Positions 43,540-53,309 of a stretch of 64,000 bases of DNA are shown here, piece after piece. The stretch is from a virus. Lineage: Duplodnaviria > Caudoviricetes. The stretch is taken from positions 102,365 through 166,364 of the IMG/VR virus record IMGVR_UViG_3300013383_000001; one strand, 5' to 3'. The translations under genes were made by a program, and so were the position numbers. The notes under the pieces were generated by a model that saw only the letters and a program-made list of their open reading frames with translations, made no database searches and was not told the origin of the DNA. How positions within the stretch are numbered: position 1 is the first letter of the stretch; each line of letters starts with the position of its first letter.

Positions 43540-43885
43540 TAAAAGAATATTTAATTACATTCTTATCAAAACTTCTTACAATCTCAGGTACATCACTTTG
43601 CCAACACTTTATAGAATAAGTAGACTTATCATAAATCTTATTCTTCTTTAGAAATATAATAAGTTTAGATTCTACTCTAATTGGCTTATGAGGACAATTA
43701 TTAAAATGCATATCCTCTTTATGAACTCTTCTAAGTTTCTTAAGTGCTTTCTTTTCTCTATTAGATTTAGTCCACACTTCAGGATCTCTAGGAGTTACAG
43801 GATAAGGACGCATGAAACCAGCTTCACGCATTGAGTTGTCATCATTAACATTAACAGGTTTATCCTCTTTTGATTTCTTTGCCAT
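43496..43885 (-). CDS. Basic hypothetical protein
   Basis: Operon-packed ORF. Confidence 0.6.
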   Translation of the reverse strand: MAKKSKEDKPVNVNDDNSMREAGFMRPYPVTPRDPEVWTKSNREKKALKKLRRVHKEDMHFNNCPHKPIRVESKLIIFLKKNKIYDKSTYSIKCWQSDVPEIVRSFDKNVIKYSFNGKTYAPNEVPFWR

Positions 43886-44345
43886 ACTTTTTAAATATAT
43901 TATAAATTGCTCGTTTTACTTTTTTGTTATCATGTACATCATAATGTGGATTCCAATCTCCATTATCGTAAATCCATTTAATATGAGTATAATTTATACT
44001 AGGAATAGTATATTCTTCGCAATCCCAGTATTCATCAGTAAGATTGACATCACCGTAATGATTTATATGTATATAGTAATGTTCTACAGTATGAATACCG
44101 CAAATACTAGTTTCATCTGTAGTATTTCTATCCATACTTCTTATTTCGTTAATGATAGCTTTATTGTTTCTCTTTACATCATCATCACAACATTTCAAGC
44201 TATATTTAATTCCGAATTTATCGAGATAATAAGCAATACAATAAGCTACATAACAACAACCCCCAGAATTTACATCAAATCTTCTATCTAAAGATTCACA
44301 TACTTTGTTGAGGTCATCGAACAACTTTCTCTTTATATCTTGCAT
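43860..44345 (-). CDS. Hypothetical protein, papain/transglutaminase-like Cys-His motif
   Basis: NSGGCCYVAY...EHYY. Confidence 0.55.
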   Translation of the reverse strand: MQDIKRKLFDDLNKVCESLDRRFDVNSGGCCYVAYCIAYYLDKFGIKYSLKCCDDDVKRNNKAIINEIRSMDRNTTDETSICGIHTVEHYYIHINHYGDVNLTDEYWDCEEYTIPSINYTHIKWIYDNGDWNPHYDVHDNKKVKRAIYNIFKKYGKEIKRG

Positions 44346-44596
44346 AAATCTTCTATTTCTTTCTTTATCTGTTTATATTCTTCTAAGTATTGCTTTAAGG
44401 ATACTGTTTCTTCTTTATTATCTAACTTATGTCTAATAATAAGTTTGATAGCTTTCTCAAAAGAAACTCCGTATGCAATATTTTTGAACTGAGTTTTCTC
44501 ATTTGGTTTACCTTTATTTACAACATAGAGTACTTCCACATCATAGAATAAAGATGAACTTGGTATAATTCTGAAATCAGATTCCTCAATAACCAT
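44333..44596 (-). CDS. Hypothetical protein
   Basis: Operon-packed ORF. Confidence 0.6.
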   Translation of the reverse strand: MVIEESDFRIIPSSSLFYDVEVLYVVNKGKPNEKTQFKNIAYGVSFEKAIKLIIRHKLDNKEETVSLKQYLEEYKQIKKEIEDLCKI

Positions 44597-44987
44597 GTTT
44601 CTTCATTACACTTTTAATGTGTTTCTTATAATTTGGATCGGAAGCATATTTAATTCTCTTTAGAAATTGGAAGTAATCTTCTCCTTTACGATACCTCTTT
44701 TGGATAAGATTTTTATATGCTTTTACACTTTCCCACCAATGTTTAAATTTCATTGGTCTTCTGCTTCCTCCTAATCCAAATAAATTATTATACTTCTTAC
44801 AATAATGTGATTTAAAGTAACCAGACTCCCATATTGCTTGAGCATACACTATTTCTTTATGATGTATATCATAATACTCTAATGCTTCCCATAGACCATC
44901 TTTAGGAGATTTTCCCATAAAGGAAGGTTCTCTTGCTCTTACATTAAAGGAGAGCAGTAATAATAAACTAATTAGTAAACTTCTCAT
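44586..44987 (-). CDS. GH73 glucosaminidase-family peptidoglycan hydrolase with signal peptide
   Basis: AQAIWESG, NNLFG, YASDPNY. N-terminal MRSLLISLLLLLSFNVRA. Confidence 0.85.
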   Translation of the reverse strand: MRSLLISLLLLLSFNVRAREPSFMGKSPKDGLWEALEYYDIHHKEIVYAQAIWESGYFKSHYCKKYNNLFGLGGSRRPMKFKHWWESVKAYKNLIQKRYRKGEDYFQFLKRIKYASDPNYKKHIKSVMKKHGY

Positions 44988-45082
44988 AAATCTTCTTTAT
45001 CAGTGAATATATAAGATACCCAAGAATGAATATCCCATATATCACTGTTATAAACATAAAGAATAGATTTTCAAGGATTTTT

Positions 45083-45502
45083 TTACTCCTTGACATATCT
45101 ATTTACCGCATCATCAATATAATTTGTAACATTCATATTAGGATGATCCTTAGCATATACAATAAGATCCTGACAAATCTTATTATAATCTATAATGGGA
45201 TTCTGTATATAGTAATACTGCTGAAGAACCTTAGTCATAATCACTTCATCAATTGAACCATACACAAGGGAACGAGTAGCATCAAAACAACGCAACTGAC
45301 TATTTATATCAGTGATAGCATTGTGAATTTTAGTAAGTTCCTCTTGAAGATGCTTACGTTCCTCAAGGAGATTCATAATACGCTTGTCATCATCAGACTT
45401 AGCAGAGAATCCTTCAATCTTTTCTTTGTTAGTCTTCTCAATCTGACGACGACAAATGTCCTGGATTTTACAAGCAATTGCTTTTACTTCAAACTTTTCC
45501 AT
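45083..45502 (-). CDS. Coiled-coil hypothetical protein
   Basis: 139-aa ORF. Confidence 0.6.
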   Translation of the reverse strand: MEKFEVKAIACKIQDICRRQIEKTNKEKIEGFSAKSDDDKRIMNLLEERKHLQEELTKIHNAITDINSQLRCFDATRSLVYGSIDEVIMTKVLQQYYYIQNPIIDYNKICQDLIVYAKDHPNMNVTNYIDDAVNRYVKE

Positions 45503-45505
45503 AAA

Positions 45506-45892
45506 TTAATAATGTACAAAAACGTGAACTTTTAATCTATAATATATATTTCTTGCTTTATCTATCCATTCAAATCCATCTCTTACTTCATAATGAGATA
45601 GATTCTTAGGATTTACATATTTTCTTAAAGTATTTGAGTCATACTCTTTATAAATAAGAGAGGCCATTCTAAGAAGTCTAATTAAAGCATCTATCTTATC
45701 TTGATTATCAAGATATTTCTTACATCTTTCTTCACATTCAATCATACGTTTAATCCAATATATTTCATATTGCATCTCTGTATGATCAGTGATTAGACCT
45801 CTTACTATTTTGTGGGCTTTAAACCAATTCTTTAGATTAATGAAGAATCTTCTAACATCCCAACATACTCTTGAAAAGAAATACTTAATCAT
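45506..45892 (-). CDS. Hypothetical protein (paralog of 56374..56787)
   Basis: KIDALIRLL / KIDLALRLL and YVNPKN / YINIKN. Confidence 0.65.
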   Translation of the reverse strand: MIKYFFSRVCWDVRRFFINLKNWFKAHKIVRGLITDHTEMQYEIYWIKRMIECEERCKKYLDNQDKIDALIRLLRMASLIYKEYDSNTLRKYVNPKNLSHYEVRDGFEWIDKARNIYYRLKVHVFVHY

Positions 45893-46260
45893 TTCATGTT
45901 ATTTTTAATGAAATTATTAATTGCTTCAGTATCATACAACTCAAAGATATTCTCAATATCAATTCCATGAGAGATTTCAATACACTTACGCATGAACTCA
46001 AGATAGTTGTTTGCATACTTCATTCTTTTCTCATATGGAAAATCCTCGTATGTTAATTCTCCACCAAATGTAGAATGAAAGAGTTTGTCACTCTCTTCTT
46101 TATTCCAATCTTCCATGTGATTAACATACCAATATGCATCTTCCTTTATTGCTTGAAAATCATATACTGAATTGAGTTTATTTTTAAAGATAAAAATAAC
46201 AGGAATTGTTTCGCAATCATTATCTTCACTAATAAACACTGTGTACTTTGTATTATCCAT
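45889..46260 (-). CDS. Hypothetical protein
   Basis: Operon-packed ORF. Confidence 0.6.
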   Translation of the reverse strand: MDNTKYTVFISEDNDCETIPVIFIFKNKLNSVYDFQAIKEDAYWYVNHMEDWNKEESDKLFHSTFGGELTYEDFPYEKRMKYANNYLEFMRKCIEISHGIDIENIFELYDTEAINNFIKNNMK

Positions 46261-46288
46261 AATTATAAATTTTTAAATAGTTAATTAG

Positions 46289-46334
46289 GGCAGGAGAAGA
46301 GAATCGAACTCCTCAAAAGCAACCATGCTCCTAC
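46289..46334 (-). ncRNA. 46-nt tRNA-like element (acceptor stem + T arm, no anticodon arm)
   Basis: GUAGGAG/CUCCUGC acceptor, AGGAG-UUCGAUU-CUCUU T arm, followed by C-CUA. Confidence 0.6.
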
Positions 46335-46342
46335 ATAACAGA

Positions 46343-47125
46343 TTAATCTTCGTATTGCAATTTTTCTTCTACTGCTTTCTTATACGAATTAATATCCTGT
46401 TCTGAATCCCAAAGATAACCATACGGATTCCATTTAGTCTGTAATTTAAGGTATCCTTTAAAGTAATCTATAAAGATTTCTTTAACTTCTTCTTTAGTTT
46501 TATTACATACATCAAGATTAGGTACACAGAATAATTCTTCTGATACACAATCTGTACCCAACATTATAGAAGATATACTATTGGGATGTTTGTACTCAAT
46601 AAATAAATCAGATTCATTACAAACAGAAGTATCATCAGTAAGCTGAGATAGTGCCGTTGAACGTACAGTAAAATCACATTCCTTTAGAACAGGTGCAATT
46701 ACTTTATTTACATACTTCATATTTTTAACATGAGATTCAAACAACTGCATTTCATATTCTTCTGCATTTTGTTGAATCCATATACACCTCTCAAAATACT
46801 CTAATCCATGGAAACCTTCAGTATTATCACGAAGCATTATACCTTCATTACTATGTTGTCTATAAGGACAATGAATTAATGCACCTGTGACAATAAAGTT
46901 TTCTTCTTTAAATTCCAATTCATGCTCCTTATTATCACTAAATAGTTCAGTAAGATATTTATCATATTCTTCTGTTTCATTAGTATAAAGAGTTATTCTG
47001 AACTTATGTAGTTTATGAATATAATCTACTGCTATTAGACTAGTATCACAATAGTTAGTATATTCAAGGCCATAGCCTTTACTTAGAAGATAATCATTAT
47101 ATTCTTTAAGACTATTTGTTTTCAT
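46343..47125 (-). CDS. Hypothetical protein
   Basis: 260-aa ORF. Confidence 0.65.
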   Translation of the reverse strand: MKTNSLKEYNDYLLSKGYGLEYTNYCDTSLIAVDYIHKLHKFRITLYTNETEEYDKYLTELFSDNKEHELEFKEENFIVTGALIHCPYRQHSNEGIMLRDNTEGFHGLEYFERCIWIQQNAEEYEMQLFESHVKNMKYVNKVIAPVLKECDFTVRSTALSQLTDDTSVCNESDLFIEYKHPNSISSIMLGTDCVSEELFCVPNLDVCNKTKEEVKEIFIDYFKGYLKLQTKWNPYGYLWDSEQDINSYKKAVEEKLQYED

Positions 47126-47379
47126 GATTCTATTTTTAAAGGTTTACACCAATAAGTTTCGTAGAAGCCAAGATCTTCCCAAGCATCTTTAAGTCTTTGG
47201 GAGTATTCGTATGATCCATCTACTAATTCAAACTTATTAAGTTCTTCTTCCTTTATATTAATTCTTTCACAGAAATCTTTACAAGCAGATTCTTTAGATG
47301 TAAAAGACTTCATTTCTCTCCAGTAATCAATAAGATCGCATCCATCGACAATGTGACCAGTTATCCAAATTTCTTTCAT
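47122..47379 (-). CDS. Hypothetical protein
   Basis: IWI...FTSKESA small-ORF motif. Confidence 0.6.
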   Translation of the reverse strand: MKEIWITGHIVDGCDLIDYWREMKSFTSKESACKDFCERINIKEEELNKFELVDGSYEYSQRLKDAWEDLGFYETYWCKPLKIES

Positions 47380-47381
47380 GC

Positions 47382-47693
47382 TTATTGATATATGTATTCT
47401 TTAACACAATATACTGTATATTTCTTTGACTCTTCATTAGGATAAGAAACAGTATATTCTAATCTCAATTCATCATCATGTTTACGAACATAATATTCCT
47501 CTCTAATCACATCTACACATGCAATGTCCTTGAAAGCTTTATATGCTTGTTTTTTGGTATAGCAAACATATACATCCCAAGGTTTACTTGAATCTCCGAC
47601 AACATATACGTAATGTGCTTTGTCAATTCCTTTGCAATAAAGAAAAGCTATGATTAAATATCCTATTGTTAATACAATTAATACACATATCAT
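47382..47693 (-). CDS. Membrane-anchored hypothetical protein
   Basis: N-terminal TM plus YVYVV...YTKKQA. Confidence 0.6.
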   Translation of the reverse strand: MICVLIVLTIGYLIIAFLYCKGIDKAHYVYVVGDSSKPWDVYVCYTKKQAYKAFKDIACVDVIREEYYVRKHDDELRLEYTVSYPNEESKKYTVYCVKEYIYQ

Positions 47694-47695
47694 AA

Positions 47696-47911
47696 TTATT
47701 TTTCTATTATTACTTGTTTATAACAAAAGAAACATAAATCTGCTCCTAAAGTATTACAGTATAATCCATCTTCTGTTTCCTTTATAGAGTCTGTATAATC
47801 TATTTTTTTAATAGTTTCATAAAACTCTTTAAGGGCATCTTTTTCTGAAGAAAAAAACTTCAAATCAGATAATACTTCAATAGGTTCACATCCTACTACC
47901 CATATATTCAT
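47696..47911 (-). CDS. Hypothetical protein
   Basis: IWVV...FSSEKDA. Confidence 0.6.
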   Translation of the reverse strand: MNIWVVGCEPIEVLSDLKFFSSEKDALKEFYETIKKIDYTDSIKETEDGLYCNTLGADLCFFCYKQVIIEK

Positions 47912-47912
47912 T

Positions 47913-48149
47913 TTACATTTCTATTTTTAGTTTCTGTATAATTGCATAGAACAAATCAGGAGTTGTACTTTTAACAATCCATAAATTTTCTTTTGTATCT
48001 ATAATTTCTTCAATAGGAAAGTATTCCTTTATCACATCAATAGCATATTCTTTCTCTGTATAAAGACCTTTAATATAAATATCTCGTATAGAACTTAACT
48101 TATTTATTATCCGTACAGTATAGAAATATTCTTCTTCTTTTAATTCCAT
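47913..48149 (-). CDS. Hypothetical protein
   Basis: Operon-packed ORF. Confidence 0.55.
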   Translation of the reverse strand: MELKEEEYFYTVRIINKLSSIRDIYIKGLYTEKEYAIDVIKEYFPIEEIIDTKENLWIVKSTTPDLFYAIIQKLKIEM

Positions 48150-48610
48150 TCATCAAGCCATATAAATGTTTCTCCTTCTACAAAGAAAGGATATATTTCT
48201 TTCATAAATTGCTCCTTTATTTCAGGGTTTATATATTTAGTTAAAAGATAAACATCTTCCTCTCGACAAATATCCTTTCCTAAAAGTTCGTTTTCTATTT
48301 TTCTTGGGATTGTATTCTCATCAAAAAAATAATTATCCCCTATATCTAATGTTTTATAATTTACATCATAATCATAAACATATTCATTTTTGTACCATAT
48401 TCTATGACATTCACTTAAATATGCTCTTGAAACATAACCCTCAATATAAGGATTGTCCCAAAGTTCCCAACCATCATCTATTATGTATTTAATCAATTTA
48501 TAACGACAAAATTTAGGAAGTATTCTTCTTTCTATTATGTCGTCATCTTTTAATATGTTACCCCTAATAACTTCCTCTTTGGAAATGTATTTAAATACAC
48601 TAATCTTCAT
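48140..48610 (-). CDS. Hypothetical protein
   Basis: 156-aa ORF. Confidence 0.6.
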   Translation of the reverse strand: MKISVFKYISKEEVIRGNILKDDDIIERRILPKFCRYKLIKYIIDDGWELWDNPYIEGYVSRAYLSECHRIWYKNEYVYDYDVNYKTLDIGDNYFFDENTIPRKIENELLGKDICREEDVYLLTKYINPEIKEQFMKEIYPFFVEGETFIWLDEWN

Positions 48611-48676
48611 TTATTATTCTTATTTTTATAAAATCTTCTCCTTCTATAAAAGGATTATAATCTTTATTGTATTCTT

Positions 48677-48907
48677 TTAGTTTTTTTCATTATTTAAATC
48701 ATCTTTAGATGTGAGATAATCCACTAATAGATCGTTCTCCCAAAACCCACAATGTTTAACATACATGATTGAATTATCATCAATACAAAGTTCTTCAGGA
48801 AGATTATTACAGTATATATAAAGCTCCATTCCAGACCCAGCAAATAAATTACTCAAAGACTCGAATTTATTAAGAGTTAGTTCTTCAAAATCAACATATA
48901 ATTTCAT
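48677..48907 (-). CDS. Hypothetical protein
   Basis: 76-aa ORF. Confidence 0.5.
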   Translation of the reverse strand: MKLYVDFEELTLNKFESLSNLFAGSGMELYIYCNNLPEELCIDDNSIMYVKHCGFWENDLLVDYLTSKDDLNNEKN

Positions 48908-48962
48908 AATATTCTATAGATTAATGTGATTATTAAATTTATATCTGTGGCTAAGAGACCCA

Positions 48963-49508
48963 TTAGTATAAATCTTCTGAAAATAATCCATTTTCATGTA
49001 TAGTTTTCCCTTTTTTCACTTGTCCTGCTTCCAATGCTATTTGCATTGCTTCAGTCCTGCTTACAAAGCGGCCTTTTGAAGTAAAGAAACCTTGTGCTAA
49101 AAGGTCTTTTCTAATTAAATCGTTAAAATGGGTCATAATGTCACAGTGTCTATATCCTAATATGCATTTATGAGCATCACTATAAGTAACTTCTTCTACA
49201 GGTTCTTTTCTCAAAATGGCAGAACATAAGATATATTCAGTATCTTCTAAATTCCTTTCACTGTTATACAATTGAAGAAACTCCTTGTACTTCTGCTTCC
49301 ACCTTTCATACTTTACATTACCTATTTCCTTTAATCTCCGCTCTTTATAGTACTCTTCAAGAAAAAGCATGTTTTCTTCTTTCCATGCCTTCCAATCTTG
49401 CTTTGCTTGCTCACTAACTCTCTTCTCTAAAGCACGTTCTAATTTTGCTTTAAAGAAGGGATCATTCATCTTAGCATCTATTTTATCCTTTACATCTGAA
49501 AGTTTCAT
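48963..49508 (-). CDS. Hypothetical phage protein
   Basis: C-terminal GYRH...QGFFTSKGRFVSRTEA...LFSEDLY motif. Confidence 0.7.
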   Translation of the reverse strand: MKLSDVKDKIDAKMNDPFFKAKLERALEKRVSEQAKQDWKAWKEENMLFLEEYYKERRLKEIGNVKYERWKQKYKEFLQLYNSERNLEDTEYILCSAILRKEPVEEVTYSDAHKCILGYRHCDIMTHFNDLIRKDLLAQGFFTSKGRFVSRTEAMQIALEAGQVKKGKTIHENGLFSEDLY

Positions 49509-49864
49509 ATTAAGACTTCAATTATTTTCTTTATACCTCTATGTGTCGCTGTTATTTCTACTCTATATAAGTCTTGCAACTCACTAATAAAGCAGAGAGG
49601 AAGTTTACTAAGTTCTTCCACTGTAATATCCTTATCAAACTGAGGAAACAGTTGAAAATTATCTATAGCAACTTCATTTATAGTTTCACTTAAATAGCCA
49701 CCATACAATATGAAGGATTTTTCATTACTACCTGTATAAAAGAACATTATGCTACTATAAATATTAATTTCAGCTTCTTTACATTGCTCACGTATTTTTC
49801 TAAGCTGCTTGATGAAGTTCTCCATATATAGGATGTCAATATCAGAAAATCTTTTAGTATTCAT
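49505..49864 (-). CDS. Hypothetical protein
   Basis: Operon-packed ORF. Confidence 0.55.
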   Translation of the reverse strand: MNTKRFSDIDILYMENFIKQLRKIREQCKEAEINIYSSIMFFYTGSNEKSFILYGGYLSETINEVAIDNFQLFPQFDKDITVEELSKLPLCFISELQDLYRVEITATHRGIKKIIEVLI

Positions 49865-50033
49865 AACTCAATAAAAGGTGTTATCCAATCGATTAAAAAA
49901 ACAATAAGGAATAAAGTTGTAGGACATATTAAAAAACAGAATATAAGTTATTCTATTTACTTTATCTATTATATTCCAATACTTTAGGAAAGGGTGACGA
50001 TAAATATTCTTTTTCTAATGCAGTCATGATTAA

Positions 50034-50387
50034 TTATTTTACCATAAACAGCATTATATTATACGCTGTATCATTATCATCTTCTTCAATAATTACACCC
50101 CATAGACAATTAATAAATTCTATAAACTTTTTTTCATTTACAGAATCAGAAGTTTTCATATACTTTATTATTAATGGCACATCAAGTATATTATCTTTAT
50201 TGATACTGAAGTAACATACAGTATCATCGGTACTTTGCCCTCCAACCACACTTAATTCTACCTCATTTATTGAGTAAAATGAAAGAATTGAGTTATTAAG
50301 TTTTATTTCATGTTCTTGACAAAACTTATTTATGGCATGACATCTCTTGATTAATGCAGTTATTGCTTGTTTCTTTGTTGTAATCAT
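50034..50387 (-). CDS. Hypothetical protein
   Basis: 117-aa ORF. Confidence 0.55.
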   Translation of the reverse strand: MITTKKQAITALIKRCHAINKFCQEHEIKLNNSILSFYSINEVELSVVGGQSTDDTVCYFSINKDNILDVPLIIKYMKTSDSVNEKKFIEFINCLWGVIIEEDDNDTAYNIMLFMVK

Positions 50388-50398
50388 AAATTTATTAT

Positions 50399-50593
50399 TT
50401 AAATTATTGCCAATGACATTCCTATATTAACAGCACATATTGCACTTATAATATAGTATAAAACTACTAGACCTTTATTATTCCACAGTTTCCTACCTTC
50501 TTTTCTATAAGGACACATGAACCATGTCATAAAGACCAATACAATTACATTTATAAGAAGTAATAATATCACCATTGGTATGATTAGTTTCAT
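50399..50593 (-). CDS. Two-TM membrane protein
   Basis: Two hydrophobic helices. Confidence 0.55.
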   Translation of the reverse strand: MKLIIPMVILLLLINVIVLVFMTWFMCPYRKEGRKLWNNKGLVVLYYIISAICAVNIGMSLAII

Positions 50594-50907
50594 TCAATTA
50601 AAAAATTTCTAACATATTTCCACAACTCTATTGGAGTTTTTATTGTAATAGGTTTATGTGTAGTAAGACTGACATATAAATCAGGGTCTACATCATTACT
50701 ATTTGGCTTGTCTAAATACCAATTTATGCATTCTATGCCTTCTTCTTTAAAGTTAGTCATCATTAAATGACTCCATAATGAATCTATCATTGCATTTTGA
50801 TAAGAGCAATTTAAATCCATACCATAATCAAATGCAATATCATCATTCATTTTTTGATATTTTTGGTAATCCTTTATTATATTAAAAAATCTTTGTTTAG
50901 TTATCAT
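50590..50907 (-). CDS. Hypothetical protein (paralog of 19770..20066)
   Basis: FKEEGIECINWYL...TPIELW. Confidence 0.6.
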   Translation of the reverse strand: MITKQRFFNIIKDYQKYQKMNDDIAFDYGMDLNCSYQNAMIDSLWSHLMMTNFKEEGIECINWYLDKPNSNDVDPDLYVSLTTHKPITIKTPIELWKYVRNFLIE

Positions 50908-50924
50908 ATATGTGTAATATTATA

Positions 50925-51164
50925 TCAACTGTATTTTAATCTTTTAAGTACTGCTTTATTTTCAGGAATTTCAAGAATATCATCAATACTTGTAGGAATT
51001 TTCATAAACTGACCATAAGTATGATTTCTCTCCTTGTTATCAATCATTATCTTGCAAAAACTAGGTCTAACACAAGTAATAATACCTGTTTTGCCTATAT
51101 CATCAGAATGAGAATGAAGTATAACTACTTCATCTCCTTCTTTATATTTCATGTAGTTCTTCAT
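50925..51164 (-). CDS. KOW/SH3-like small protein
   Basis: YKEGDEVVI...IGKTGII. Confidence 0.55.
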   Translation of the reverse strand: MKNYMKYKEGDEVVILHSHSDDIGKTGIITCVRPSFCKIMIDNKERNHTYGQFMKIPTSIDDILEIPENKAVLKRLKYS

Positions 51165-51380
51165 AAGAGATTAATTTATTATATTTCTCTATTTCGATGT
51201 TTATATAGATATTTCATCAAAACTTAGAGTCAGTATAAATATGCTTACAATCAATACTAATATACCAATGCTTATCAAATACATATATCTAAGTGTCTTG
51301 ATTTTATCTATACACCAACATTGCTTGTATGGAAAATACAGATTTTTAAAGGAATAATGCTCCAGCTATCAACCAAAATA

Positions 51381-51722
51381 TTATATTCCTTTAATCCTTT
51401 CTCTAAACATATCACTTCGATCAATAAGTATATTTACTAATGTACTATATGTCGTATCATTATTAAATAAACTTGTTGTCATAAATTCTATTTTAGAATT
51501 TACTTTATTGTCATCAGTTATATAGAATTGCACAAATGGAGATTTAATATTATATTCATTGATAATTTCAAATACTTTACTTCTTTTATCATCTTCTACT
51601 TTATATAAGTTAGGAATTGTGATAATATAATAAATCTTATCTTTCTCTGAAAATATAGTATTAAACCCTCTATACTATTCATTAGATGATCCTAGATCAG
51701 TTGTTTTGTAATCCTCTTCCAT
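51381..51722 (-). CDS. YbjN/T3SS-chaperone-like 113-aa protein with one in-frame TAG at codon 16 (not in ORF track)
   Basis: MEEDYKTTDLGSSNE[TAG]YRGF...KVFEIINEYNIKSPFVQFYITDDNKV, TAA stop. Confidence 0.55.
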
Positions 51723-51933
51723 TTAAAAGTGTATTTATATATTCAATTATTGCCTTGTGAGAGTTTCTTTTTAATAGTTTAAAGAAAGTATCATCATCAA
51801 GATGAATATCAAATTCTAACTCTAAAGACATAATTAAATTAAGTCCATCTATACTATCGTAGTCTTTTACTAAGATATTATTTAACTCATTTTCTTCTAA
51901 TATACTATAATATCGTTTTTCAATTTCATTCAT
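51697..51933 (-). CDS. Acyl carrier protein-like
   Basis: YDSIDGLNLIMSLELEFDIHLDD matches the ACP DS motif and helix II. Confidence 0.7.
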   Translation of the reverse strand: MNEIEKRYYSILEENELNNILVKDYDSIDGLNLIMSLELEFDIHLDDDTFFKLLKRNSHKAIIEYINTLLNGRGLQNN

Positions 51934-51949
51934 AGCAGTTATAATTTAG

Positions 51950-52021
51950 TACCTCCAGATGGAATCGAACCATCATTTAGGGTTTAGAAGACCCTTATTC
52001 TATCCATTGAATTATGGAGGC
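51950..52021 (-). tRNA. tRNA-Arg(UCU)
   Basis: GCCUCCA/UGGAGGU acceptor, AGGGU-CUUCUAA-ACCCU anticodon arm, GAUGG-UUCGAUU-CCAUC T arm. Confidence 0.9.
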
Positions 52022-52107
52022 AAGTTCAGGAGTCAGTTTTCTAAAGATACCTCTTTACATGTTAACATTGCTGTCATGACTCCTTATTAGAAATTATGAA
52101 TAAAAAA

Positions 52108-52603
52108 TTATCTATAATCAGCTGAATCCAGATCACAATAATCTTCTATCATTCCGATAATTGCGTCTTGTTTAGACTCATTAGTAGGACAATTAAATAC
52201 TTCTCGCAAAGCATCTACAAGTCTCTTTTCAGGAGTACTTGTCATATCTTTAATACGAGAGAGTTCAACTTGATGCAGATAAGATTCAACAGAGAACTTA
52301 ATATATTCTGCTTTAACCTCACACTGATCCTCAAGAACCATCATAGACTTTACTTTCTCAATGATCTCTGCCATAAATGCAGGAGCAATATCATGTTTAC
52401 CAATAAAGTCACATACTTCTGTAAGATCATCTGAAATTGTATAGCATCCTATCTTAAAGGACTCTCTAATGAACTTTTCAGCAGTCTTTGCATCCAGAAA
52501 ACTTTAATTTAGTTAATCTTTCATATAATGATTGGCGAATCTCAGTAAGGTTTTTAGTTTCAGTCAATGACTTCAACTTCTTAAGACATGATTTAAATTT
52601 CAT
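52108..52603 (-). pseudogene. Hypothetical gene split by a +1 frameshift at AAG-TTT-T (about 52500)
   Basis: The ATG 52603 frame ends soon after 52500, while the 52374 frame is open from about 52500. Confidence 0.45.
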
Positions 52604-52737
52604 ATTTTAAAGGTACTTCTTCAATAATATAATTATTTATTCTATTTAGCTTTTTAAGCCAATTTAGTTTCTTAATTAGTAAATCCTTACTCCAATGATA
52701 TTCTATATAAGATTTGGAATTAGTATTTACAGTGGCT

Positions 52738-52971
52738 TTATAACTCATGATTACAAAGTCTTTCTACTTTTAAAAGATAAAGATAAAACCAACCATATAT
52801 TTCATGCATACCATGAACTTGATCTATATCTCCGTCTTCGTCAAACTCTTTAACTATATCATTGCAATCAGATAAGAATGTTTCTACATATTTCTCTACA
52901 TCATCGTAGGAGGAGAAAGTATGTGCTTCCATTCCTTCTGCTGCTGTTTCAATTACTATTATATATTTCAT
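52738..52971 (-). CDS. Hypothetical protein
   Basis: Operon-packed ORF. Confidence 0.6.
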   Translation of the reverse strand: MKYIIVIETAAEGMEAHTFSSYDDVEKYVETFLSDCNDIVKEFDEDGDIDQVHGMHEIYGWFYLYLLKVERLCNHEL

Positions 52972-53309
52972 TCTGATTTAGTTGATACTACTATTACATA
53001 CTTTTCAGGAGATTCTACAGCACTTCTTAGTACTACTCCTCCATCTACAAACTCTGAATTTAAATCAGGATCATCATTTAAAGTATTTTGTCTGACTTTA
53101 TCTTTATTATACATACGATATACTATATCTTCAAAAAGACCTAATGCATGATCGTAATCCCTAGTTACATAACAAGAATTTCCTATAGAGTTATATACTA
53201 CATATACATCTCTATCATTTATAAATGATAATGCTTCTTCAAGTATAGTTCCCACATATTCATTATCCTCTCGAGCATCCTTTAATACTCTTTCTATATA
53301 TGTTTCCAT
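52968..53309 (-). CDS. Hypothetical protein
   Basis: Operon-packed ORF. Confidence 0.6.
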   Translation of the reverse strand: METYIERVLKDAREDNEYVGTILEEALSFINDRDVYVVYNSIGNSCYVTRDYDHALGLFEDIVYRMYNKDKVRQNTLNDDPDLNSEFVDGGVVLRSAVESPEKYVIVVSTKSE

